From contig NZ_CP080507.1 of NCBI RefSeq assembly GCF_019464535.1, positions 3,120,001 to 3,152,000 of the forward strand: 32,000 bases of DNA, given 5' to 3'. Shown in pieces: positions 25,001-32,000 of the stretch. The notes beneath the pieces are model-generated. The model did not search any database. It had not been told where the DNA came from and saw only the letters and a program-made list of their open reading frames with translations. Positions within the stretch are counted from its first letter, which is position 1; each line of letters begins with the position of its first letter. A program made the position numbers and the translations under genes. The stretch comes from Horticoccus luteus. GTDB lineage: Bacteria > Verrucomicrobiota > Verrucomicrobiia > Opitutales > Opitutaceae.

Positions 25001-26101
25001 CGAGGCCTTTCGATCCGCGAGCAGCGCCTGCTCCCGTCGCGAAATCACCTCCGTCAACATCCGCAAGGCCTGCAGCGTGCTGCGGTCCGCGTCGGCGTCC
25101 GCCGCCCGCCCCGCCGCCTTCAGTTCTCGCGCCCGCTGCACCCATGCGTTCACCAAATTCTCCAGTTTCTGCCCCTGCTCCGCCTGCGCCGGATCGTCGG
25201 CCAGCAACATCCGCGTCCGCCGCGCAGCGTTTTCCATCTGCCGCGCCGCTGAATCAAAGACCGTCCCCTGCGCCAGGGCTTCCGTCCGCGACCACACCGT
25301 CATCAGATCGCTCGCCCCCAATTCCACGCGATCAACCGTCGCGATCACCTGCTCCGCATGCGTTGCCCACCGCACCGACTCCTGCTGATCGCGATTACTC
25401 ACGATCGCGGCCGCACTCACCAACGTCGCCGTGACTCCCGCCGCCCCGAAAAAGACCAGTGCGCGCATGACCGACTGCTCGCGCTCCGCCACCCGCCCGT
25501 GAATGCGCAACAACAACGCCGTGCTCACCAACCCTGCGCCACATGCCGTCGGCACCGCCATCGCCGTAAAATGCCCCCAGCTGAACGCGCTCGGCAGTCC
25601 CATCACATAACTCACCAGCGCCAGCAACGCCGCCGCCACCACCCCCGCCGACATCGCACCCACCCAACGCGCCATCCGTTGCGGCCACGTGGCCAGCACC
25701 AACGACGCCCCCAGCAACGCAAACGCCACCGCCGAATTCGCCGCCATCCGCCCCCGCACAATGCCCGCCACCTGATCGGCCGCCGGCCACAAAAGCCGGT
25801 CGATGCCCAGATTCGCGTGCAGCGGAAATTGCACCGCCGTCAGCACGCCCACCGTTCCCACGATCGCCCCCAGCACGCGGGCGAGCGTCAATTTTTCGTT
25901 CGCCAGCGCCATCACCCCGATGCCCAGCAACAGCAGCGCCACGCCCGAATTAAACGCCATCGCCGCGCCGCCCGGCACCAGCGTGAACAGCACCGGTGCC
26001 GCCAGAAACCACCCCGTCATGCCAATCCCGCCCAGCGCGGCCACGACACTTCCGCACCCGATCAGGGCGCGGCACTTTAAGGAAGGCTCCGGTCTTTCCA
26101 T
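22082..26101 (-). CDS. Hybrid sensor histidine kinase (multi-TM N-terminus, CHASE3-like domain, three PAS, HisKA, HATPase_c, two REC domains; no HPt)
   Basis: Track ORF, 1339 aa, ATG 26101. The first ~210 aa are hydrophobic, followed by a helical extracytoplasmic-type segment ending in a TM helix (LLVLGNALGLVFFVAALIW). The PAS segments include GRICLFNAGAEKMLGY, GRWMRVNHAVCEIVGYTEEEL and YLVVSRQWLADYKL. The H-box is FLANMSHEIRTPMNGI. The G-boxes are RDTGVGIP and GGTGLGLAISRQLVELMGG. The REC acceptor contexts are VALLDWHMPDVDG and AVLMDCQMPTLDG. Confidence 0.92.
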   Translation of the reverse strand: MERPEPSLKCRALIGCGSVVAALGGIGMTGWFLAAPVLFTLVPGGAAMAFNSGVALLLLGIGVMALANEKLTLARVLGAIVGTVGVLTAVQFPLHANLGIDRLLWPAADQVAGIVRGRMAANSAVAFALLGASLVLATWPQRMARWVGAMSAGVVAAALLALVSYVMGLPSAFSWGHFTAMAVPTACGAGLVSTALLLRIHGRVAEREQSVMRALVFFGAAGVTATLVSAAAIVSNRDQQESVRWATHAEQVIATVDRVELGASDLMTVWSRTEALAQGTVFDSAARQMENAARRTRMLLADDPAQAEQGQKLENLVNAWVQRARELKAAGRAADADADRSTLQALRMLTEVISRREQALLADRKASAAQLAVQTNRLLVLGNALGLVFFVAALIWTRRAERAVIETRDSLAGVNRLQRAVLDGAGPAIIGTHLDGRICLFNAGAEKMLGYNATEVVERETPARFHELEELRARAAELDGMPGAVAETGFNVFAMLARRDGSDEREWVYVRKDGRRLPVRLSITTLRDGRGAVTGFLGIAVSLEEAKRAERALRESEERFRSAFQFAGIGMAIIGLDGRWMRVNHAVCEIVGYTEEELAGKTFQAVTHPDDLEADIGHVRELLRGERRSYQMEKRYFHRDGHVVWVRLTVSLLRDADGAPVHFVSQLEDVTDRKRLELALRESEERTRLFAEHAPASVAMFDREMRYLVVSRQWLADYKLTGQAVIGRCHYEVFPQISAERRATYDRCLAGAVEVADVETQLRPEGGQQWLRWEARPWRNAAGDIGGIVIFTQDITLSKQLEQSLAHARDQALEASRLKSEFLANMSHEIRTPMNGIIGMAGLLAETPLEAEQREMAGVILRSADSLLTIINDILDFSKIEAGKMRIEPAEFDLRQVVEETLALLAPRAHDKHVELACDFDARLQRTLLGDAGRIRQVLTNLVGNAIKFTEYGEVVVSVAQLAERNERTRFRVTVRDTGVGIPLAAQERLFQPFTQADGTTTRRFGGTGLGLAISRQLVELMGGEIGFESEPARGSRFWFELEMPRRGAAVVSLPLSIPAHVRALVVDDNSTNRDILARQLRGFGVEPTLVSDGAGALAALRSAAGRGAEFHVALLDWHMPDVDGLALAKEIRADPQIASTMLVMLSSAGPLVNHEEVARVQFAAFLTKPVRAAQLQRCLSQVLGRGAAIAEGKSPAAAQPVQVGRALHLLLAEDNATNQRVAQMLIKRLGHTVDVVGDGEKAVVQLAERHYDAVLMDCQMPTLDGYEATRRIRAGAGGVLNPRVPIIALTAYAMLDDRAKCLHAGMDDYLSKPVRPEELTEALLRTGVLARRQASNGE

Positions 26102-26150
26102 TCGCTTTTGAGCGTGGGCCTCGCGGCGGGAAATGCGAGCGCTTTGCGAT

Positions 26151-28310
26151 TTAGCGCGCCAACAGGTTACCCAAGTCCACTGCGGTCCTCACGGGCGCCT
26201 GACACGCAAACGCCTCGCAAACATAGGCGGTCGCCCGCCCTTCGATCGGCTTCATTTCCGCCATCCACGGCGCGCGTCGACCCCACCATTCCCGCGTCGC
26301 CGTCGTCACGCCCGCCACCAATCGTTGCGCGCGCAACTGACCGTGCACCACGTCGGCCAGCGCCTCGAAATCCGCCGCGCCCGGCTCGCCCGCCAGCACG
26401 ACATGCCGCGGCGGCTCCAACGCCAGTTCCAGCGCGCACAGCAACTGCGGCAACGCGTGCGGCGCTTTCGACCACTGGCCGCGCAACGCCTCGATCGTCG
26501 CCCGCCCGCGCGCGCGCCAATCCTCTCGCTCCAACAGACCCGCCAGCCGCAGCAAATTCATCGCCGCCACGCTCGCCGGCGCCGGCTCCGCACCGTCGTA
26601 ATCCTCCTTCAAACGCAGCACGAGATCCGCCGCGCCCGCCGCCGAATTAAAATACCCGCCGCCCGCCTCATCCCAAAACAATTCATCCATCCGCGTCTGC
26701 AGCCGCTCCGCCCACTCCAGCCAGCGCACCTCGAAGGTCGCCGCGTATAAATCCAGCGCCGCCTGAATCACCGCGGCATAATCCTCCGCAAAACCCGCCG
26801 CCGCGCCGCGTGCTCCCCGCCAGCTCCGATACAGCACGCCCTGCGCCTCGTCCCACAGTTCGCGTCTGAGAAATTCCGCCGCCCGCACCGCCGCCGCGCG
26901 ATAAAACGCCCGCTGGTCGCGCAACGATTCTGCCGGCGTCACCGCCGCCCGCGCCAGTGCCGCGATCATCAGGCCGTTCCACGCCGCGATCACCTTGTCA
27001 TCGCGCTGCGGCCGCGGTCGCGCCGCTCGCACCGCCCGCAGCCGCTCCAACGCCGCTGCGAGCCGGTCACTCGCCGCCTGCAGCGGCAACCCCAACTGCG
27101 TCGCCGTCCTCGCGAGAGAGCGCTGCTGCGCGAGAATATTCCGCCCCGCGAACTCCCCCTGCGGATCGCGCGCCGCCGGCACGTTGCCCTTCTCCTCCAC
27201 GCCAAAATGCGCCGCCACCAGTGCATAATCCTCCCCCAGCGCTCGCCGCAACTCCTCCGCCGTCCACACATAAAACGCGCCTTCCGCGTGCTCCGTGCCA
27301 CCCGCCTCGCGCAACGAATCCGCGTCCTCCGCCGAATAGAATGCCCCCTCCCGCGACGCCAGTTCGCGCCTCACATAATCGAAAATATCCCGCGCCAGCC
27401 ACGCGTGCCGCTCGTCGCCCGTCGCCTGCCAGGTCTCCAGCGCGTTCAGCGCGATCTGCGCCTGGTCATAAAGCATTTTTTCGAAGTGCGGCACCTGCCA
27501 GTCTTCATCCACCGCATAACGATGAAACCCGCCGCCCACGTGATCGTGAATCCCGCCGCGCGCCATCGCCCCCAGGGTCGTCGCCGCCATGTCGATCGCC
27601 GCCCGCCCGACTTCGCTCTCCCGCCCCTGCAACGCTGCGCAGCGCAGCAAAAACATGACATTGCCCGCGCGTGGAAATTTCGGCGCTCCGCCAAAACCAC
27701 CCCGCGCGCCATCGAAATTCTCGTGGAAATACTGAAAGCCCTTCTCAAACGCATCGCTCGCCGCGTCCGCCAGCTCCCGCTCCGCCGCCGCCCCCGTCTG
27801 ATCTTCACTCAAGCGCGTGCGCAACGCGTCGATCACCCGCTCGCTTTCGGCGACGAGTTTCTCCCGATCGTGCTGCCATCCGTGCGCGATCGCTCGCAAG
27901 ACCGACGCAAACCCCGGCCGCCCTGCACGATCCTCCCGCGGAAAATACGTGCCGCCGAAAAACGGTTTCAATTCCGGCGTGAGCCACGCCGACAGCGGCC
28001 AGCCGCCGTGACCCGTCACCGCTTGCACGTAAGTCATGTAAATCTTGTCCACGTCCGGCCGCTCCTCGCGATCGACCTTCACCGGCACGAAATGCGTGTT
28101 CAACACCCCCGCGATCTCCGCGTCTTCGAACGACTCATGCGCCATCACATGGCACCAGTGACACGTCGAATAACCGATGCTCAGGAAAATCGGTTTCTGC
28201 TCCGCGCGCGCCCGCGCAAACGCGCCCTCGCCCCACGGTTGCCAGTCCACGGGGTTCTCCGCGTGTTGCAGCAAATAAGGTGATTTCTCGTGCGCGAGTG
28301 CGTTGGCCAT
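26151..28310 (-). CDS. Thioredoxin-domain protein of the DUF255/YyaL (SSP411-like) family with (alpha/alpha)6-barrel C-terminal region
   Basis: Track ORF, 719 aa. [54 protein letters not shown] is the characteristic N-terminal thioredoxin-like block (CxxC as CHWC). A long helical-repeat region follows. It ends 49 nt upstream of the kinase ATG on the same strand. Confidence 0.9.
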   Translation of the reverse strand: MANALAHEKSPYLLQHAENPVDWQPWGEGAFARARAEQKPIFLSIGYSTCHWCHVMAHESFEDAEIAGVLNTHFVPVKVDREERPDVDKIYMTYVQAVTGHGGWPLSAWLTPELKPFFGGTYFPREDRAGRPGFASVLRAIAHGWQHDREKLVAESERVIDALRTRLSEDQTGAAAERELADAASDAFEKGFQYFHENFDGARGGFGGAPKFPRAGNVMFLLRCAALQGRESEVGRAAIDMAATTLGAMARGGIHDHVGGGFHRYAVDEDWQVPHFEKMLYDQAQIALNALETWQATGDERHAWLARDIFDYVRRELASREGAFYSAEDADSLREAGGTEHAEGAFYVWTAEELRRALGEDYALVAAHFGVEEKGNVPAARDPQGEFAGRNILAQQRSLARTATQLGLPLQAASDRLAAALERLRAVRAARPRPQRDDKVIAAWNGLMIAALARAAVTPAESLRDQRAFYRAAAVRAAEFLRRELWDEAQGVLYRSWRGARGAAAGFAEDYAAVIQAALDLYAATFEVRWLEWAERLQTRMDELFWDEAGGGYFNSAAGAADLVLRLKEDYDGAEPAPASVAAMNLLRLAGLLEREDWRARGRATIEALRGQWSKAPHALPQLLCALELALEPPRHVVLAGEPGAADFEALADVVHGQLRAQRLVAGVTTATREWWGRRAPWMAEMKPIEGRATAYVCEAFACQAPVRTAVDLGNLLAR

Positions 28311-28339
28311 GGCGGCGTAAAGAAGACCGCGAACGCCGC

Positions 28340-28364
28340 AAAAGAAAAGCGGCGTCTGCGCCGC
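28340..28364 (-). terminator. Rho-independent terminator downstream of the OsmC-family gene
   Basis: The minus strand reads GCGGCG-caga-CGCCGC-TTTTCTTTT. That is a 6-bp all-GC stem, a 4-nt loop and a 9-nt T-rich tract, about 75 nt after the OsmC stop and only about 30 nt before the YyaL-type ATG. Confidence 0.55.
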
Positions 28365-28437
28365 GCCCTCCTCAAAGCTCCGCCGCGGCCGTCACCGCAG
28401 CGCAGCCCGTCCGCTGTCCGCCACCGCACCGCCCGTT

Positions 28438-28920
28438 TCACTCTCCCTCCGACCGCGTCACTTTGATCGTCGGCTCTATTTCCACGGGGAAATTGACCGA
28501 ACGCGCTATGAAACAGAATCGATGCGCCTCCTCGTGCAACGCATGCGCCCGCACGGCGTCGCTCCCTTCCGCGATCGTTACCGTGGGCCGCAGGGTCACT
28601 TGCACAAATGCCCCGCCGCCGTCCGCCGCTTCGTCCATGTAGCCGGCCGCGTCATCGCAGTAGTGCGTGACCACGATCCCGCCGACCGCACACAGGTGCA
28701 GATACCAGAGCATGTGGCAGCTCGAAAGACTCCCCACCAGCATCTCCTCAGGATTGTGCCGCGCCGGATCGCCGCGAAACGCAGGATCGCTCGACGCCGC
28801 AATCGGCGACTTGCCCGCTCCACCGACGACATGGTCCCGGCGGTAACTGCGGTAATCTGCTGTGCCCGCCCCGTCATTGCCCGTCCACTGCAAGTGCGTT
28901 GTGTAAAGGTGTCTTTTCAC
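28438..28920 (-). CDS. OsmC/Ohr-family peroxiredoxin-like protein
   Basis: Track ORF 28438..28959. GTG 28920 gives (M)KRHLYTTHLQWTGN, the usual family N-terminus. Also present: PEEMLVGSLSSCHMLWYLHLCA and LHEEAHRFCFIARSV, which carry the two conserved Cys regions. Confidence 0.85.
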   Translation of the reverse strand: MKRHLYTTHLQWTGNDGAGTADYRSYRRDHVVGGAGKSPIAASSDPAFRGDPARHNPEEMLVGSLSSCHMLWYLHLCAVGGIVVTHYCDDAAGYMDEAADGGGAFVQVTLRPTVTIAEGSDAVRAHALHEEAHRFCFIARSVNFPVEIEPTIKVTRSEGE

Positions 28921-29007
28921 CTGCCGCTCATGTGGACCGGCGTGCTGTCGCCGGCCCACGTTCGCGCGTCCCCGCCTCCGGCACGCCCGGCCGCGCGGTT
29001 CTGCACG

Positions 29008-30054
29008 TTACTGCCCCAGCACCCACGCAAACACCAGCGGCGCGACGATCGTCGCATCGCTCTCGACAATATATTTCGGCGTCTTCGAGCCAAGTTTGCC
29101 CCACGTGATCTTCTCGTTGGGCACCGCGCCCGAGTAGCTGCCGTAGCTCGTCGTCGAATCGCTGATCTGGCAGAAATAGCCCCACAGCGGCACATTCGTG
29201 CGCTGCAAATCCTGGTGGAGCATCGGCACCACGCAGATCGGAAAATCACCCGCGATGCCGCCGCCGATCTGGAAAAATCCGATCGAGCCTTCGCCGTTGC
29301 GCAGCGTCTTCGCCGTCTTCGTATACCATTCCGCCAGCCACATCATGTATTCGATGCCGGTGCGCACCGTGTGCACGTTCTTCACGTCGCCGCTGATCAC
29401 GTGGCCGGCAAACATGTTGCCCAGCGTCGCGTCTTCCCAACCCGGCACGATGATCGGCAGGTTTTTCTCGCACGCCGCCAGCATCCACGAGTGCTTCGGA
29501 TCGATCTGGTAGCTCTTCTTGAGCTTTCCCGAACGCAGCACCTTATACATGAACTCGTGCGGGAAATACCGCTCGCCCGCCTTGTCCGCGGCCACCCACT
29601 CCTCCAACACCGCCGCCTCGATCCGGCGCATCGCTTCCATCTCGGGTATGCACGTATCCGTCACGCGGTTCATGTGCCGCTCCAGCAACGCCTGCTCGTC
29701 TTCCGAGGTGAGGTGACGGTAATGCGGCACGCGCTCGTAATAATCGTGCGCGACCAGGTTGAAAATATCCTCCTCGAGATTCGCGCCCGTGCAGACGATC
29801 GCATGGATCTTGTCCTGCCGGATCATCTCCGCGAGCGAGATGCCCAACTCGGCCGTCGACATCGCCCCGGCGATCGTCACGAGCATTTTCCCGCCCGCCT
29901 TCAGATGCGCCTCGTAGCCTTTCGCCGCATCCATCAACGCGGCCGCGTTAAAGTGCCGGTAGTTGTGGGCTACGAATTGCGACACCGGCCCCTTCTTGGC
30001 GGCAAGGGCGGCATTCACGGCTTCCGGTTTCACTTTGGCTTTCTTGGCTTTCAT
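29008..30054 (-). CDS. Deoxyhypusine synthase-like (DHS / homospermidine-synthase superfamily) protein
   Basis: Track ORF 29008..30552 trimmed to ATG 30054 (MKAKKAKVKPEAV). Upstream codons are antisense to the EamA gene and the intergenic spacer. DHS-like blocks are TIAGAMSTAELG, IHAIVCTGANLEEDIF, IGGGIAGDFP and SGAVPNEKITWGKL. Confidence 0.88.
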   Translation of the reverse strand: MKAKKAKVKPEAVNAALAAKKGPVSQFVAHNYRHFNAAALMDAAKGYEAHLKAGGKMLVTIAGAMSTAELGISLAEMIRQDKIHAIVCTGANLEEDIFNLVAHDYYERVPHYRHLTSEDEQALLERHMNRVTDTCIPEMEAMRRIEAAVLEEWVAADKAGERYFPHEFMYKVLRSGKLKKSYQIDPKHSWMLAACEKNLPIIVPGWEDATLGNMFAGHVISGDVKNVHTVRTGIEYMMWLAEWYTKTAKTLRNGEGSIGFFQIGGGIAGDFPICVVPMLHQDLQRTNVPLWGYFCQISDSTTSYGSYSGAVPNEKITWGKLGSKTPKYIVESDATIVAPLVFAWVLGQ

Positions 30055-30141
30055 GGGCGGGAGAACTAGAGGGGCGCTCCCGCGTTTCGCCACAAAAAAC
30101 CTTCGCGTCCTGCGCCCGGCTGCCTTCCCGTCGCCGTCTCG

Positions 30142-31071
30142 ATGTTCGCCGCCTTCCTCGCCGCGTTCTTCTTTGCGCTCAACGCCACCTGCGCCACCCA
30201 CAGCGTGCGGGCGAGCGGCGCGCTGCGCGCCAACCTCGGCCGGCTCGTCGTCGCGGCGGTCGTCCTCGGCCTCTTCGCCCACACGCTCGGTCGCGGTTTC
30301 GCCAGCGCGAGCGTGCCGTGGTTTTTTCTGAGCGGCGTCATCGGCATGGGCCTGGGCGACCTCGGCGTTTACGGCGCGCTGCCCCTCCTCGGGTCGCGTC
30401 TCACCGTGCTCATGACCCAGTGCCTCGCCGCGCCGATCGCCGCCCTCGGCGAATGGTGGTGGCTCGGCACCCGCCTCACCGTCACGCAAATGTTCTGGGG
30501 GCTCCTCATCCTCGCGAGCGTCGCCATCGCCCTCACCCCCAGTAAACGCCACCCGCCTCGCGTGAAAATCCGCCCGCTAGGTTTTCTCTTCGGCCTTCTC
30601 GCCGCGGCTGGCCAAGGCCTCGGCGCCCTCGTCAGCCGCAAAGGCGTGACCGTTGCCGACGCCGCCGGCGAAGCCGCCCACGCCGCCAGTTTCGGCCTCA
30701 CCGCCGCTTACTACCGCATCCTCGCCGGCCTCGCTTTCGTCGCCCTTTGGTTCGTCGTCCTCCGCCTCCTCCACCGCCTTCCCGCCGCACCCGCACCGCA
30801 GGCCCGTTCTAATCTATTGGGTTACACCTTTCCCGCCGCGCGACTTTGGATTTTGATCAACGGCTTCGTCGGTCCCGTGCTCGGCGTCGGGTGCTATCAG
30901 TGGGCGCTGGCGACCGCGCCGAGCGGCCTCGTCCTCCCCATCGCCGCCACCGCCCCGCTCCTCGCCATCCCCATCGCCTATTTTTTCGAGGGCGACCGAC
31001 CCCCACGCCGCGCGATTTTCGGCGGCGTCCTCGCCGTGGCCGGTTGCATCGCGCTCACCGCCGCGCGTTGA
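30142..31071 (+). CDS. EamA/DMT-family transporter
   Basis: Track ORF, 309 aa, with about ten hydrophobic helices in two halves and Gly/Ala/Leu-rich segments (GMGLGDLGVYGALPLLG; PIAATAPLLAIPIAYFFEGDRP). This is typical of drug/metabolite transporter superfamily proteins. Confidence 0.8.
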   Translation: MFAAFLAAFFFALNATCATHSVRASGALRANLGRLVVAAVVLGLFAHTLGRGFASASVPWFFLSGVIGMGLGDLGVYGALPLLGSRLTVLMTQCLAAPIAALGEWWWLGTRLTVTQMFWGLLILASVAIALTPSKRHPPRVKIRPLGFLFGLLAAAGQGLGALVSRKGVTVADAAGEAAHAASFGLTAAYYRILAGLAFVALWFVVLRLLHRLPAAPAPQARSNLLGYTFPAARLWILINGFVGPVLGVGCYQWALATAPSGLVLPIAATAPLLAIPIAYFFEGDRPPRRAIFGGVLAVAGCIALTAAR

Positions 31072-31142
31072 CCGCTCGCTCGCGCCCCGGGTAAACCGCC
31101 TGGCTGCCACGCGTCGCCGACACCTCGCGCCATCCTTTTTGC

Positions 31143-31191
31143 TCAACGTCGGAAATACCCGGACCGCCGCTGAATCTCACGCCGACGTTGA
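31143..31191. repeat. 10-bp perfect inverted repeat TCAACGTCGG-(29 nt)-CCGACGTTGA in the ABC-F leader region
   Basis: The arms lie at 31143..31152 and 31182..31191, between the EamA stop (31071) and the ABC-F ATG (31228). No T-tract follows. Function unknown. Confidence 0.3.
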
Positions 31192-31227
31192 CGAATCCGC
31201 CTTAGCCCGGTCTGTTGGGCGGTTTCG

Positions 31228-32000
31228 ATGCTGACAATCGCCGACGTTTCCAAGTCCTACGGCACCCGCGAGCTCTTCGCGGAGGTCTCGCTTTTCATTG
31301 CCCGCACCGACCGTCTCGGCCTCGTGGGCGCCAATGGCGCCGGGAAATCCACGCTCTTCAACCTCATCCTCGGCGAGGAGCGGCCCGACACCGGCACGAT
31401 CGAATGGGAACGCGGCGCCGACTTCGGTTTCCTCCCGCAGGAAAGCGCGCCCGCCGGCGAAGAGACTATTCTCCACATCGCCACCAGCGGCAAAAAACTC
31501 GAACCCGACGAAGACGATTGGGACATCGACTATACCCTCGAACCGCGCGCCCGCAAAATTCTCGCCGGCCTCGGTTTCAAGGAAGGCGATGCCGACAAGG
31601 TCGCCAAGACCTTCTCCGGCGGCTGGGTCATGCGCGCGCATCTCGCCCGCCTTCTCGTCGCCGAGCCCGCGCTTCTGCTCCTCGACGAACCGACCAACCA
31701 TCTCGATCTCGAAGCGCTCCTCTGGTTTCAAGACTACCTCACGCGTTATCCCGGCGGCCTCGTCGTCATCTCCCACGATCGCGCCTTTCTCAACGCCCTC
31801 TGCACCGGCATGCTCGAACTGCGCGCGCAACGCCTGCATTATTACCACGGCAACTACGATTCCTTCCTCAACGAAAAAGAGGAGCGCAAGGCGCAGCAGG
31901 CCGCCCTCTTCAAAAACCAGCAGCGCGAAATCGCCCATCTTCAGAAATTCGTCGACCGCTTCGGGGCCAAGGCCTCCATGGCCTCGCGCGCCAAGTCCAA
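31228..32000 (+). CDS. ABC-F family ATPase (N-terminal part; CDS continues past the right window edge)
   Basis: Absent from the track because no stop lies in the window. It is an open frame from ATG 31228: MLTIADVSKSYGTRELFAEVSLFI...GLVGANGAGKSTLFNLI (Walker A), FSGGWVMRAHLARLL (signature), LLLLDEPTNHLD (Walker B). The inter-domain linker then begins (KEERKAQQAALFKNQQREIAHLQKFVDRF). Track ORF 31177..31938 (-) is its antisense shadow. Confidence 0.88.
   Translation, partial: MLTIADVSKSYGTRELFAEVSLFIARTDRLGLVGANGAGKSTLFNLILGEERPDTGTIEWERGADFGFLPQESAPAGEETILHIATSGKKLEPDEDDWDIDYTLEPRARKILAGLGFKEGDADKVAKTFSGGWVMRAHLARLLVAEPALLLLDEPTNHLDLEALLWFQDYLTRYPGGLVVISHDRAFLNALCTGMLELRAQRLHYYHGNYDSFLNEKEERKAQQAALFKNQQREIAHLQKFVDRFGAKASMASRAKS

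Noticed and set aside
22190-25252. 1020-aa ORF on the + strand, the longest non-annotated ORF in the track
   Set aside because: It is entirely antisense to the well-supported hybrid kinase gene. Its translation is Arg/His/Pro/Gln-rich low-complexity sequence with no recognisable motif. Long stop-free antisense frames are expected in GC3-biased genomes.
27286-27300. Sigma-54-like TGGCACGGAGCACGC on the minus strand with correct GG-N10-GC spacing
   Set aside because: It lies deep inside the YyaL-type coding region, more than 1 kb from any downstream start. The -12 box lacks TTGC, so this is probably a chance match.
27207-28283. 358-aa + strand ORF
   Set aside because: It is antisense to the YyaL-type gene.
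28522-30069. 515-aa + strand ORF
   Set aside because: It is antisense to the OsmC-family and DHS-like genes, crosses their intergenic spacer, and is Arg/His-rich.
31177-31938. 253-aa minus-strand ORF
   Set aside because: It is antisense to the ABC-F gene, whose Walker A, signature and Walker B motifs are unambiguous on the + strand.

Overview
GC-rich bacterial chromosomal segment with strong G/C third-codon-position bias, densely coding and mostly housekeeping and signalling genes. The gene content (TonB receptor plus FG-GAP protein, deoxyhypusine-synthase-like gene, lipase-maturation-factor-family gene, weak Shine-Dalgarno signals) fits a PVC-type genome such as Verrucomicrobiota/Opitutaceae, but that is only a guess. 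I call 27 CDS and 2 tRNAs (Ala-CGC, Gly-GCC). Two CDS are cut by the window edges and are absent from the ORF track, and one is a 38-codon micro-ORF. I also call two intrinsic terminators with reasonable support plus one weak candidate downstream of tRNA-Ala, and a pair of palindromic operator candidates. Left to right: LacI regulator, TonB-dependent receptor and FG-GAP protein (minus strand); a DUF374 acyltransferase-like gene; a basic-tail plus CBM20-like protein; tRNA-Ala; a beta-propeller protein; a membrane PIN-TRAM protein divergent from an EVE-domain protein; a coiled-coil FGE-domain protein; the tyrA-aroA-cmk-plsC operon; trpS; a hexapeptide transferase; an LMF-family::Sel1-repeat fusion; tRNA-Gly; a five-gene signalling cluster (hybrid kinase, REC-Cys4 regulator, slyX, sigma-54 activator, orphan PstS-like protein); a YyaL-type thioredoxin-domain protein; OsmC; a deoxyhypusine-synthase-like protein; an EamA transporter; and an ABC-F ATPase. 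I found no CRISPR array, transposase, integrase, phage gene or recognisable defence or toxin-antitoxin island, so this looks like core genome rather than an accessory region. Many long track ORFs are Arg/His/Pro-rich antisense shadows, or stop-free upstream extensions of real genes, and I trimmed or rejected them. The items most worth a second look are the signalling cluster with its REC-CxxC...CxxC regulator translationally coupled to slyX, the LMF::Sel1 fusion, a compensatory A19:U56 elbow pair in tRNA-Ala, and the basic-tail/CBM20-like protein. All functional calls rest on reading motifs by eye; no database search was possible.
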